From an uncultured Burkholderiales bacterium (lineage in GTDB: Bacteria; Pseudomonadota; Gammaproteobacteria; Burkholderiales; Burkholderiaceae_C), in contig CAMFGY010000027.1 of NCBI GenBank assembly GCA_945952065.1, positions 1,763 through 65,762 on the forward strand: DNA of 64,000 bases. The letters are read 5' to 3'. Made by a program: the position numbers and the translations under genes. The stretch's first letter is position 1. Each line of letters opens with the position of its first letter. Below are positions 41,323 to 50,658 of this stretch, one piece after another. Under the pieces are notes generated by a model that saw only the letters and a program-made list of their open reading frames with translations, was not told where the DNA came from and did not search any database.

Positions 41323-43728
41323 ATGAGACTGATTGACCTGCGCGTTGCCGCCCGCCAGTTGCACAAAGACCCGCTGCACGCCTCGGTGCTGGTGCTGGGC
41401 CTGGCCCTGGCCTTGGCCGCCTGCTATTTGCTGGCCGTGCTGCTGCTCGAACGGCTGCGTCCCGACCCAGCTTTGCAAGACCCGGAGCGCATCGTCTTGA
41501 TCGACTTCCACGGCAATATGCCGGGTCGCCAGGAAGACTGGTTCTTGGGCGCGCCCTTTGCGTTCAAGCAAGCCCTGCAAGAGGCCAAAGCCCCTTTGGC
41601 GTCCATCACCCGGGTGTCAGAGGACCAGCCGACGTTGCGCGCCGGCCTTCGCAAGCTGCGCGCCACCGTGCTCGCCGCGGATGCCAGCGCGGTGCCGCTC
41701 TTCCAACTGCGCCCCTTGCAGGGCGATCTGCAAGAGGCCCTCAGCCGCCCGGACACCATTGCGCTGAGCGAGCCCTTGGCGCAGCAGTTGTTTGGCCGAG
41801 AGGCTGCTTTGGGCCGCAGTGTCGACATCGGGCCGCATCGGCTGCGGGTGGCCGCGGTGCTGCCCGCCCCCCGGTCCCGCAGCCTGCTGCGCGCCGAGGC
41901 CTGGATCAGCTTTGATTCGCCCGCCGCCGGGCTGGACGAAGAGACCCGCAGGGCCTGGTTCCAGATCAATGGCCAGGTCTATGCCCGCCTCTTGCCCGGT
42001 GTGAGCGCCGAGCAGATCGGCGCGCTGGCCCAAGGTCTGCTAGACCACAGCCCGGTGATGCAGCAGTTGCCGCCCGATTGGACGGCGGGTGGGCGCAAGG
42101 CCGCCTTCATGCGGGCCCTGCCGGTGCCCCAAATGCCGTTTGAGGGCCGCGTGGGTCAGCAGCGCCTGCAAATGCTGGTCGCGCTGGCCGGCGTGGCGGC
42201 CTTGTTGCTGAGCCTGGCCTTGCTCAATCACATCAACCTCAGCAGTGTGCGCACCTTGCAGCGCCAGCGTGAGATTGCGGTGCGCAAAGCCTTGGGCATC
42301 AGTCCGGCGCGCCTGCTGCTGCAGTTTGCGGTGGAGGCGCAGTTGTTGATTGCGCTGGCGGGCGGCCTGGCCTTGCTGCTCGCTTGGTTGTTGCTGCCCT
42401 GGATCAGCCAGGCCCTGCAAGTGCCGCAGCCCGACCATCTGCTGCAATGGCAAGCACTGGCCGGCTTGCTGCTGAGTTGCGCGCTTTTGTCGCTGCTGGT
42501 CTGCCTGTACCCGGCGCGGCTGGCTTGGCGCCTGCAAGCGGCGCCAGCCTTGCAAGGCCGACAAGCCAGCGAAAGCCAAGGCGGCCAATTGCTGCGCCGC
42601 GTTTTGACCGGTCTGCAGTTCGCCATGGCGATGTTTGTGGTGAGTGCGGCCTTGATCTTGAGTGCGCAAAACCAGCATGTCTTGCGCCGCGATTTGGGCT
42701 TTGAGCCCGCGGGCGTGCTGACGCTGCGCTTGCCCGAACAAGCCAGCGCGCAGCAGGCCGAAGACTTTCATCAAGCGCTGCAAGCCCAGCCCGCGGTGAC
42801 CGCCCTGGCCTGGAGCGACAGCGTGCCAGGCAATGGCTTCATGGATCGCAATGCGGCCTTCACGCGGGGCGATCAAGAGGCCAAGCTGCGCCTCATTGAG
42901 GTGGATGCGAGCTTCTTCTCGCTCTACCGCATGACGGTGCTGGCCGGTCAGCTCGAGCCGCAGGGGCAAGAGGGCCTGGTGCTGGATGAAGCGGCCACGC
43001 GCGCCCTGGGCTGGGCCACGCCGCAGCAGGCTTTGGGGCAGTCCCTCAGCTATGTGATGACCGGCTTGAATCAACAACAATCCAGCTGGCGGGTCTTGGC
43101 CGTGGTGCCCCATCAACGCCAGGAAAGCACCCGCGAGCCCGACCGCCCACACGCCTTTGTGCTGAAAAGTCGCGCACAGCTCTTGGACGGCCAGCGCTTC
43201 TTCCGCGTGCTGAATCTGCGCACCAAGCCGGGCATCGATCCCTCGGCAGTCTTCACGCCCGTCTGGGAGCGCTATTTCCCCGGCGAGCCTTTGGCATGGA
43301 ACTCTGCCGATCAGGTCTTGATGAAGGCTTACGCCTCGGATCTGCGCATTGCCGAACTGGTCAGCGCCTGCGCCGTCTTGGCCTTGCTGCTGGCGGGCTT
43401 TGGCGTGTATGCCATGGCCGCCTTTTTGGTGCAACGCCACGCCAAGGAAATCGTGCTGCGCAAGCTGCACGGCGCTTCTGCGCTGCAAGCGATGAAGAGC
43501 TTGTTCCGTGAATTTGCCTTGCTGCTGCTGAGCGCAGCCTTTCTGGCCCTGCCGCTGTCGGCTGCGTTTGGCGAGCGCTACCTGGCGCAGTTTGCAGACC
43601 GGGTCAGCCTGGGCGGCGGGCCGCAGAGCTGGGCCTTGCTGGGCCTGATCTTGGTGACTGGCGTGGCCAGCCTGCGGCACGGCTGGGCGGCGCTGTCGAT
43701 GCGGCCGGTCTTGGCCTTGAGAGGCTGA
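41323..43728 (+). CDS. ABC permease, duplicated MacB/FtsX type (copy 2)
   Basis: Paralogous to copy 1 (REIAVRKALGIS; EIVLRKLHGAS). Confidence 0.92.
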   Translation: MRLIDLRVAARQLHKDPLHASVLVLGLALALAACYLLAVLLLERLRPDPALQDPERIVLIDFHGNMPGRQEDWFLGAPFAFKQALQEAKAPLASITRVSEDQPTLRAGLRKLRATVLAADASAVPLFQLRPLQGDLQEALSRPDTIALSEPLAQQLFGREAALGRSVDIGPHRLRVAAVLPAPRSRSLLRAEAWISFDSPAAGLDEETRRAWFQINGQVYARLLPGVSAEQIGALAQGLLDHSPVMQQLPPDWTAGGRKAAFMRALPVPQMPFEGRVGQQRLQMLVALAGVAALLLSLALLNHINLSSVRTLQRQREIAVRKALGISPARLLLQFAVEAQLLIALAGGLALLLAWLLLPWISQALQVPQPDHLLQWQALAGLLLSCALLSLLVCLYPARLAWRLQAAPALQGRQASESQGGQLLRRVLTGLQFAMAMFVVSAALILSAQNQHVLRRDLGFEPAGVLTLRLPEQASAQQAEDFHQALQAQPAVTALAWSDSVPGNGFMDRNAAFTRGDQEAKLRLIEVDASFFSLYRMTVLAGQLEPQGQEGLVLDEAATRALGWATPQQALGQSLSYVMTGLNQQQSSWRVLAVVPHQRQESTREPDRPHAFVLKSRAQLLDGQRFFRVLNLRTKPGIDPSAVFTPVWERYFPGEPLAWNSADQVLMKAYASDLRIAELVSACAVLALLLAGFGVYAMAAFLVQRHAKEIVLRKLHGASALQAMKSLFREFALLLLSAAFLALPLSAAFGERYLAQFADRVSLGGGPQSWALLGLILVTGVASLRHGWAALSMRPVLALRG

Positions 43729-43745
43729 AGCAGCCGGTTCGCCAA

Positions 43746-44450
43746 TCAGGGCAGCTCGCGCAGGCCCTGGCCGGCAAACAGCGCCGCGGCCAGCGACTCT
43801 TCGCGCGAACGCACGGTGTCCAAAAAATCATCGGCGCCGCGCATCGCTTTGAAGGTGTCAAAGCCACGCTCCAAAAAGCTCTGCAACTCGCTCAGGCCGG
43901 CGGCCGTGGCCGGGCCGCGCATCATGCGCAGCGCCTGGCGCAGCAGCGGCTTGCGGGTGAGCTTGTCCAGCGAGACACCCACGGCCAGGGTCAAATCGAT
44001 TTGCTGCTGGCGCAAGCCGGGCTCGCCGCAAGCGCACCATGCCGCCTGATAAGGCGCGGCCTGCACGGCCTCTTGCCCGAGCGCCTGGGCCATGCGGGTG
44101 TCCAGGTCTTCCGAGATGGCATGCAGCCGCGCCAGCTGGGCCACGGTGTGCACCACCTCGGACGGAAAGATGCGCACCAGCGCGGGCACCACGCGGGCGA
44201 ACTGCGCATCGCGGCGTGAGTAGTCGCCGGGCCCGTACAACTCACGCAGAAAGAATGTGGTGGCCGCCTCATAGCGCGGCGAGAGCAGCAAGTCGGCATA
44301 GGTCCGCGCAAAGCGCTGCTGCTGGTAGCGCTTGAGGGCCTGCACCCGCGCGTCCAGCCCGGGCTGATCCTGCCGCAGCTGACGCTGAGCCTCAACCGCC
44401 TGCAGATGGCGCAGGATCTCGGCTTCGATATCGCGGGCTTGCTCGCTCAT
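43746..44450 (-). CDS. FFLEELY-motif protein
   Basis: Contains FFLRELYG..DYSRRD.QF and FLERGF.TF. Confidence 0.8.
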   Translation of the reverse strand: MSEQARDIEAEILRHLQAVEAQRQLRQDQPGLDARVQALKRYQQQRFARTYADLLLSPRYEAATTFFLRELYGPGDYSRRDAQFARVVPALVRIFPSEVVHTVAQLARLHAISEDLDTRMAQALGQEAVQAAPYQAAWCACGEPGLRQQQIDLTLAVGVSLDKLTRKPLLRQALRMMRGPATAAGLSELQSFLERGFDTFKAMRGADDFLDTVRSREESLAAALFAGQGLRELP

Positions 44451-44458
44451 TCACCCAC

Positions 44459-44881
44459 TCATTCGCCCAGCAGGCTGCGGCAGCGCTCTTCATGCTGGCT
44501 GATTTCGGCAAGCGTCACTTCGATATCGTCCAGCTGCTGCTCCAGCTGGCGGCGATGCTGCTGCAAAACCTCCAAAAAGGCGCGCAGCTGTGATTCGGCG
44601 CCACTGGAGGCGTCGTACATATCAACCAGCTGCTTGATCTCTTGCAAGCTCAGGCCAAGGCGCTTGCCGCGCAGGGTCAGCTTCAAGCGGGTGCGGTCGC
44701 GGTGGGTGTAGACGCGGTTGCGGCCGGCCCGCGCGGGCTCCAACAGCCCCATGTCTTCGTAAAAACGAATCGCACGTGGCGTGATGTCGAACTCTGCCGC
44801 CAACTCGGTGATGGTGAACAAGCGCCCGTTGCCCTCGGGGCTGGCTGCAGCCGGGACTGCCGGACGGGAATCGTTGCTCAT
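44459..44881 (-). CDS. liuR: MerR-family regulator, LiuR-like
   Basis: FTITELAAEFDITPRAIRFYEDMGLL.P.R.G.NRVY..RDRTRLKLTLRGKRLGLSL; LiuR-type box upstream. Confidence 0.8.
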   Translation of the reverse strand: MSNDSRPAVPAAASPEGNGRLFTITELAAEFDITPRAIRFYEDMGLLEPARAGRNRVYTHRDRTRLKLTLRGKRLGLSLQEIKQLVDMYDASSGAESQLRAFLEVLQQHRRQLEQQLDDIEVTLAEISQHEERCRSLLGE

Positions 44882-44899
44882 GGCTAAACTGGGGCCTCA

Positions 44900-44916
44900 G
44901 TGACGTTAACGTAAAC
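44900..44916. promoter_or_regulatory. LiuR-type operator
   Basis: GTGACGTTAACGTAAAC, resembling the TTTACGTwwACGTAAA LiuR consensus; lies between divergent genes. Confidence 0.75.
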
Positions 44917-44975
44917 GGCAATTCTATTCATGGCCCGGCAATTCACACAGCGGCGGGCCGCACAAGGCAGCGTTC

Positions 44976-46046
44976 ATGGCCAACCTCAGAGAATCCGAAC
45001 TCCACTACCCCTTGGGCGAGGCCCTGCCCGCGCCGGGCGGCGTGCTGGAGCTGGCGCCGGGCGTGCGCTGGCTGCGCATGGGCCTGCCGTTTGCGCTGGA
45101 CCATATCAATCTGTGGCTCTTGCGCGATGAGATCGAAGGCCAAGCGGGTTGGACCGTGGTGGACTGCGGCATTGCCAACGACGCCACCCGGGCGCTGTGG
45201 GAGCAAGTGTTTGCCGAGCACTTGGAGGGCTTGCCCATCTTGCGGGTGCTGGTCACGCATTTCCACCCCGACCACATCGGCTTGGCCGCCTGGCTGACCG
45301 AACGCTGGCAATGCCGCGCCTGGCTCAGCGCCAGCGACTTCCATCTGGCCCGCCTGGCCAGCGGCTCCACCGTGGGCATGGGCGGCCACAGCGCGGCCGC
45401 CTTCTTCGCCAGCCACGGGCTGCGCGACGAGGAGTCCCTGGCCAAGATCCGCGCCCGCAGCAGCTATTACCCCAGCATGGTGCCGGCCGTGCCGAGCAGC
45501 TACCGCCGCTTGATGGAGGGCTTGCAGCTGCCCATCGGCGGCCATGTCTGGCAATGCATTACCGGCTACGGCCACGCGCCGGAGCACATCAGCCTGCACT
45601 GCCCCAGCCTGGGGCTGCTGATTTCTGGCGATATGGTGTTGCCGCGCATTTCCACCAATGTTTCGGTGGTCGATGTAGAGCCCGAGGCCGACCCGCTGAG
45701 TCTCTACCTGACCTCGATTGAGCGCATGCTCAGCCTGCCCGCTGACACCCTGGTGCTGCCCTCTCACGGCAAGCCCTTCACCGGCCTGCACGCCCGGGTC
45801 GACCAACTGCAAGAACACCACGATGAACGCCTGGCCGATGTTCTTGAGGCCTGTAGCGCCAAGCCCTGCCATGCCGCCGAACTGCTGGAGCTGCTGTTCA
45901 AACGCAAGCTGGATCTGCACCAAACCACTTTCGCCATGGGCGAATCGGTCGCTCACTTGAATGCCTTGTGGCTGTCGGGCCGCTTGCAGCGGCGCTTGGA
46001 TGAAGATGGGGTGTACCGCTTTTTTGCGCCGCCGGCATCGCCTTGA
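44976..46046 (+). CDS. MBL-fold metallo-hydrolase
   Basis: THFHPDHIG, GHAPEH, SGDMVLP, LPSHG motifs. Confidence 0.92.
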   Translation: MANLRESELHYPLGEALPAPGGVLELAPGVRWLRMGLPFALDHINLWLLRDEIEGQAGWTVVDCGIANDATRALWEQVFAEHLEGLPILRVLVTHFHPDHIGLAAWLTERWQCRAWLSASDFHLARLASGSTVGMGGHSAAAFFASHGLRDEESLAKIRARSSYYPSMVPAVPSSYRRLMEGLQLPIGGHVWQCITGYGHAPEHISLHCPSLGLLISGDMVLPRISTNVSVVDVEPEADPLSLYLTSIERMLSLPADTLVLPSHGKPFTGLHARVDQLQEHHDERLADVLEACSAKPCHAAELLELLFKRKLDLHQTTFAMGESVAHLNALWLSGRLQRRLDEDGVYRFFAPPASP

Positions 46047-46150
46047 GGGCCGCCCTCACTCCCAACAAACCCCTGGGCCAGGGCCGCGCCCGAGATCAAT
46101 AATCAAGGCCACGCTTGGCAGTCGAGCGTGAGATTGCTTGAGGATCCCCC

Positions 46151-47158
46151 ATGCAGCCCTTGACGCCCCCCGCTTCCTTACCGCCACTGCGGGTCTTGGT
46201 GGTTGACGATCAAGCCAGCAGTCGCTCGGTTTTGAGCGCGCAGTTGCATGCAGCCGGGCATCAGGTGATTGAGGCGGGCTCGGCACAGCAGGCCTTGCAG
46301 CTGTTCAGCCAGGATCATCCCGACCTGGTGCTGCTGGATGTGGAAATGCCCGACCATGACGGTTACTGGGTGGCCAGCCAAATGCGGGCGGCGGAGTCGG
46401 GCGGGTGGACGCCGATTGTGTTTCTCTCCAGCCGCGACCAAGACCAGGACCTCTGGCAAGGCATTGAATCCGGCGGCGACGACTATCTGGTCAAGCCCGT
46501 GTCCGGCACGGTTTTGCAAGCCAAGCTGCGCGCGATGCAAAGGCTGCGTCGCATGCAGCTGCGCTTGATCGAGCTCTCCGATGAATTGCGCGCCGCCAAC
46601 GAACAGCTGACCAAGCTCAGCATGGAAGACGGCCTGACCGGCTTGCCCAACCGACGCGCTTTTGACGCCCGCTTGCAGCAGGAGATCCAGGCCGCGCAGC
46701 GCGACCAACAAGCGCTGACCCTGGTGCTGTGCGATATCGACCTCTTCAAGGCCTACAACGACAGCCTCGGCCATGTGGATGGCGACGCCTGCTTGCAGCG
46801 CATCGCCCGCCTGCTGAAAGAAACCTGCCGCCGTCCGCGCGACTTTGCGGCGCGCTATGGCGGCGAAGAATTTGCGCTGATCCTGCCGGGCACGCCGCGC
46901 TCCGGCGCCATGACTTTTGCGCGTGCGGTGTTGCGCTCACTGGAGTTGACGGCCATCCCGCACCAGCAGTCCACAGTGCGGCCCTTTGTGACGCTTTCGG
47001 GCGGCATCACCACCTGCATCCCGGACCGCAGCACCACACTGGAGGGTTTGCTGCGGCGGGCGGACGATGCGCTCTACACCGCCAAATCACGCGGCCGCAA
47101 CCGCTTTTTCAGCTTCGAAATGCAGATGGACACCTTGGATCAGCGCCAGCACCCATGA
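46151..47158 (+). CDS. Response regulator diguanylate cyclase (REC-GGDEF)
   Basis: REC (VVDD, LLDVEMP, YLVKP), DGLTGLPNRR, RPRD I-site, RYGGEEF. Confidence 0.95.
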   Translation: MQPLTPPASLPPLRVLVVDDQASSRSVLSAQLHAAGHQVIEAGSAQQALQLFSQDHPDLVLLDVEMPDHDGYWVASQMRAAESGGWTPIVFLSSRDQDQDLWQGIESGGDDYLVKPVSGTVLQAKLRAMQRLRRMQLRLIELSDELRAANEQLTKLSMEDGLTGLPNRRAFDARLQQEIQAAQRDQQALTLVLCDIDLFKAYNDSLGHVDGDACLQRIARLLKETCRRPRDFAARYGGEEFALILPGTPRSGAMTFARAVLRSLELTAIPHQQSTVRPFVTLSGGITTCIPDRSTTLEGLLRRADDALYTAKSRGRNRFFSFEMQMDTLDQRQHP

Positions 47159-47182
47159 GCGGGAGGGCCGGCTTGACCGCGT

Positions 47183-47557
47183 TCAGTCGCTGATGCCGCA
47201 AAGCTTGCGAAACGGCCCAAGCACTGCTTCGCCACGGAAGGGTTTGACGATCCAGCCGGTCACGCCAATGGCCTTGCCACGGGCGCGCAGCTGGGGGTTG
47301 TCTTCGGTGGTCAGCATCACGATGCGCACCGAGGAATTGCCCAACTCGGTGCGGATCTTCTCGGCCATGGTCAGGCCATCCATATTGGGCATATTGACGT
47401 CGCTGACCACCAGCCGAATGCCGGGGTCGGCGCGCAACTGCATCAGGCCGTCGCGCCCGTCGGTGGCCACCGCCACCTGAAAACCGTTCTTCCCCAAAAA
47501 CGTGGCCACGATTTCCCGCATGGTGCTGGAATCGTCGACCACAAGCACATTCGCCAT
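47183..47557 (-). CDS. Single-domain (CheY-like) response regulator
   Basis: VVDDS, VSDVNMPNMDG, MLTTE, WIVKPF. Confidence 0.93.
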   Translation of the reverse strand: MANVLVVDDSSTMREIVATFLGKNGFQVAVATDGRDGLMQLRADPGIRLVVSDVNMPNMDGLTMAEKIRTELGNSSVRIVMLTTEDNPQLRARGKAIGVTGWIVKPFRGEAVLGPFRKLCGISD

Positions 47558-47603
47558 ATCTCAAACTCTCCGTGCACCCCGGCCATGAACGGCCGGGATG
47601 GAT

Positions 47604-48569
47604 TCAAAACAGATCCAACTCGCCGGTCGGCCCGGCCGAGGGCGCATGTTCCATGAAGGCTTCAAACTCTTCCAAGGACCAATGCAAATTGAAGATCACC
47701 CGCTGAACAATCATCAAAGGCGGCATGCCCGGTCGCGCCGGGTCAGACAGGTGATAGCGAATGCACAGCTGCGGATCTTGCGAACCAAATGATATGTATT
47801 TGTGCTGATGGTTGATGACGATGGGCACCTGAATCTGCTGCTTGCTCAAATCCTGCGGCGGGATGTAGCGGTTCTTGAAGGCGCCCCAAATCAAATTGGT
47901 GGTCTCGCCCAGCATATTGTTGAGCTCGCGGAAGTTCAGATCCCCGCCAATCCCTTCATAGCTGAAACCCTGGATCAGGCCCTGGCGCAGCGCGTTTTCT
48001 TCCGTCTGCAGCATCATGTAGCCCCGGCACCAAGTGCTTTCAATCGGGATCAGGGTGGACACCTCGCCATGGATGATGCGGTCATGCACCACATAGGGGG
48101 CTTCCGCGTCCACATGGGCAAAAGGGAACATGGCTTTGAGCGCTTCGCAGGTCAGCTCCACAATGCCGCGCACCAGCACCGTGGGGTAGCTGAGGCTGAA
48201 AATGGCGTGATCCACTGCTTCACGCAGCAAGGCCAAGTCACCGCCCGTCCAGCGGTGCCGCACCACGATTTGCTCTTGCAGCGTCAACTCCCGCTCGCTG
48301 GTGCGGCGCAAAAAGATGGGCAATTCCGGGCGCAGCTTGTGGATGGCGCGCGCCAGCGTGAGCCCGTCCGGCCCTTCGCAAGGCAGGTCTTCGGCCAGCA
48401 ACACGCCGCCTAAATCCTTGTGCTGCGCCAAGGCGGCCAGCGCATCGGTGGCCGAGCGCGGCAAGGGCTGCAAGCCCACTTGGCGACAAAACTCAATCAG
48501 GCTGGCGTAATGGGCCGGATCATGCTCCAGCAACAAAACCTTGGCCGCAAGTTGGGTGGTTTCAGTCAT
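47604..48569 (-). CDS. Degenerate REC + CheX-like domain protein
   Basis: N-terminal receiver-like fold (VLLLEHD, GVLLAED); C-terminal CheX-like region with LGETTNLIWG (E-x2-N). Confidence 0.7.
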   Translation of the reverse strand: MTETTQLAAKVLLLEHDPAHYASLIEFCRQVGLQPLPRSATDALAALAQHKDLGGVLLAEDLPCEGPDGLTLARAIHKLRPELPIFLRRTSERELTLQEQIVVRHRWTGGDLALLREAVDHAIFSLSYPTVLVRGIVELTCEALKAMFPFAHVDAEAPYVVHDRIIHGEVSTLIPIESTWCRGYMMLQTEENALRQGLIQGFSYEGIGGDLNFRELNNMLGETTNLIWGAFKNRYIPPQDLSKQQIQVPIVINHQHKYISFGSQDPQLCIRYHLSDPARPGMPPLMIVQRVIFNLHWSLEEFEAFMEHAPSAGPTGELDLF

Positions 48570-48694
48570 AGCGTTGTGGCGCGTCTGCGCCCGTCCTTTT
48601 GACTCGTTGGAGCCGCGTATTCAAGAGGTTTTCGGCCGACCTGCAGATTTCTGTAGCAAATCTTTTCTGGGCGGCAGCAGGGCAGAATTGCCCC

Positions 48695-49792
48695 ATGCGC
48701 CTTCCTGACCTCGACGATTTGCGCCGCTATGCGGTGGCGCGCAGCCTGTTCAAGCCGACCAGCCTGCCGCAAGCCATCGCGCGCCTGGGCTTTGTGCAGG
48801 CCGACCCGATCCGCGCGCCGGCCCGCGCGCAAGACCTGACCCTGCGCCTGCGGGTGAAGCACTACCAAGCCGGTGACTTGGAGCGGCGCTACAAGCAGTT
48901 GGATGTGGAAGAAGACTGCCTAGTCAACTACGGCTTTTTGCCGCGCCAGCATCTGCGGCTGATGCACCCCCGCGAGGCCAAGCGGCGCTGGAGCGCCGAG
49001 ACCCAGGCTCAGGCCGCCCGGGTTCAGGCCTTGCTGCAAGTGCGCGGCCCCAGCCACCCGCGCGACATCCAAGCCGAGTTGCAACTGGGCAGCACCCGCA
49101 ATGCCTGGGGCGGCAGCAGCAATGCCACCACGGCCTTGCTGGACGGCATGCATTACCGTGGCCTCTTGCGCGTACACCAGCGCGAAGCCGGCATCCGCCT
49201 CTATGCCCCGGTCCAGCACCCGGTGGATGAACGCAGCCCCCAAGAAAAAGCCCAGGCCCTGGTGCAGCTGATTCTGGCCAAATACGCCCCGCTGCCCTCG
49301 CGCAGCCTCGGCCAGCTCTGCAGCTTGCTGGGCTATGGCGCGCCGCATCTGGGGCCCGAGATCAAGCAGGTGCTGGCGCTGGCACGCAAGCACTGGCCCA
49401 GCGCCGAGATCGAAGGCCAGCGCTGGTACTGGCCCGAGGGCGAAAGCCCCACCGCCAAGCGCTGGCAGTTGGACGAAGAACTGCGCCTGCTGGCGCCGTT
49501 TGACCCAGTGGTCTGGGACCGGCTGCGCTTTGAGCGCTTCTGGGGCTGGGCCTATCGCTTCGAGGCCTACACCCCAGCGGCCAAGCGCAAGCTGGGTTAT
49601 TACGCCTTGCCCCTGCTGTGGCGCGGCCAGATGCTGGGCTGGGCCAATGTGTCGGTGCAAGAAGGGCGCTTGCAAGCGCAGCCGGGTTTTGTCAGCGGCC
49701 GAGCGCCGCGCGACAAGGCCTTTGATGCGGCCTGGCAGGCAGAGCTGGCGCGGCTGCGCGACTTTCTGGCCCTGCCGCCAGACGCCGACTAA
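48695..49792 (+). CDS. YcaQ/AlkZ-like winged-helix DNA glycosylase family protein
   Basis: LGFVQADPI (QxD), LLAPFDPVVWDR, YRFEAYTPAAKRKLGYYALP. Confidence 0.85.
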   Translation: MRLPDLDDLRRYAVARSLFKPTSLPQAIARLGFVQADPIRAPARAQDLTLRLRVKHYQAGDLERRYKQLDVEEDCLVNYGFLPRQHLRLMHPREAKRRWSAETQAQAARVQALLQVRGPSHPRDIQAELQLGSTRNAWGGSSNATTALLDGMHYRGLLRVHQREAGIRLYAPVQHPVDERSPQEKAQALVQLILAKYAPLPSRSLGQLCSLLGYGAPHLGPEIKQVLALARKHWPSAEIEGQRWYWPEGESPTAKRWQLDEELRLLAPFDPVVWDRLRFERFWGWAYRFEAYTPAAKRKLGYYALPLLWRGQMLGWANVSVQEGRLQAQPGFVSGRAPRDKAFDAAWQAELARLRDFLALPPDAD

Positions 49793-50586
49793 GCCGCCCG
49801 CGCCGCCAACACCGCCCGGGCCAGCTCTGCAAAACCCTGGCCGCGCTCGGCCTGGGTGACGTAGCGGGGCAGATGCGTCAGCTGCGGCACAAAGCGCGCG
49901 ATATTGGCCACGCCCACGCTCAAAGGCATGCGCGCAAACATGGTCTGGTCATTGGTGGAGTCGCCCACATACACCCAGTGCGCCGGCTCAAAAGCCTCAC
50001 CCAACACTGTCTGCACCGCCCAATGCGCGGCGCTCCATTTGCTGTGCTCACCGATCCAACCATTGATGTGGATGGAGCTGACCGTGGCCACCAAGCCATG
50101 CTCGCGCATCACCGTGCACACCGCCTCGATCTGCGTTGCGCTGAGCTGAGCGAACTCGCTGTGGTCCACCGCGATATCGGTCAAGCGCCCGGCGGAATCG
50201 GTGGCCAGCTGCGCGCCGGGCACACGCCGCAACACCTCGGCCGCGCAGGCCTGCAGACGCGCAAAGTTGGCGGCGCGGGTGGCCTCGTCCTGGCTGAAGT
50301 CGCGGCGCAAGACCTGCCCCTGCGCGCCGCCCTCCCGGCGCAACATCACCGAGCCGTTCTCCGCCACGATGGCGGCCACCGGCCAGCTCAGCGCAAAAGG
50401 CTCACTCCAACCGGCGGGCCGCCCGGTGATGGCGATGACGGGCAGGCCCTGATCGCTCAAGTCCTGCAAGGCCTGCAGCGCTTCAGGGGCGATTTGCCCC
50501 TCGGCAGTCAAGGTGTCGTCGATGTCGGTCAAGATGCCGCGCAGGCCGCGCAGCGCTTCAGGGGGGCAGTGGCTGAATGGGTGCAT
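49789..50586 (-). CDS. HAD-IIB family hydrolase
   Basis: TDIDDTLT, ITGR, VAENG, K, VGDSTND motifs. Confidence 0.88.
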   Translation of the reverse strand: MHPFSHCPPEALRGLRGILTDIDDTLTAEGQIAPEALQALQDLSDQGLPVIAITGRPAGWSEPFALSWPVAAIVAENGSVMLRREGGAQGQVLRRDFSQDEATRAANFARLQACAAEVLRRVPGAQLATDSAGRLTDIAVDHSEFAQLSATQIEAVCTVMREHGLVATVSSIHINGWIGEHSKWSAAHWAVQTVLGEAFEPAHWVYVGDSTNDQTMFARMPLSVGVANIARFVPQLTHLPRYVTQAERGQGFAELARAVLAARAA

Positions 50587-50620
50587 GGGACGGATTGTCC
50601 GCAAAACATCCCCCTCTTCT

Positions 50621-50650
50621 TTGGACTGACTTGTCTGATGCGTCTAGAAT
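50621..50650 (+). promoter_or_regulatory. Putative sigma70 promoter of the ahcY leader
   Basis: TTGGAC-N18-TAGAAT about 10 nt upstream of the riboswitch. Confidence 0.5.
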
Positions 50651-50658
50651 TGCGCCGT

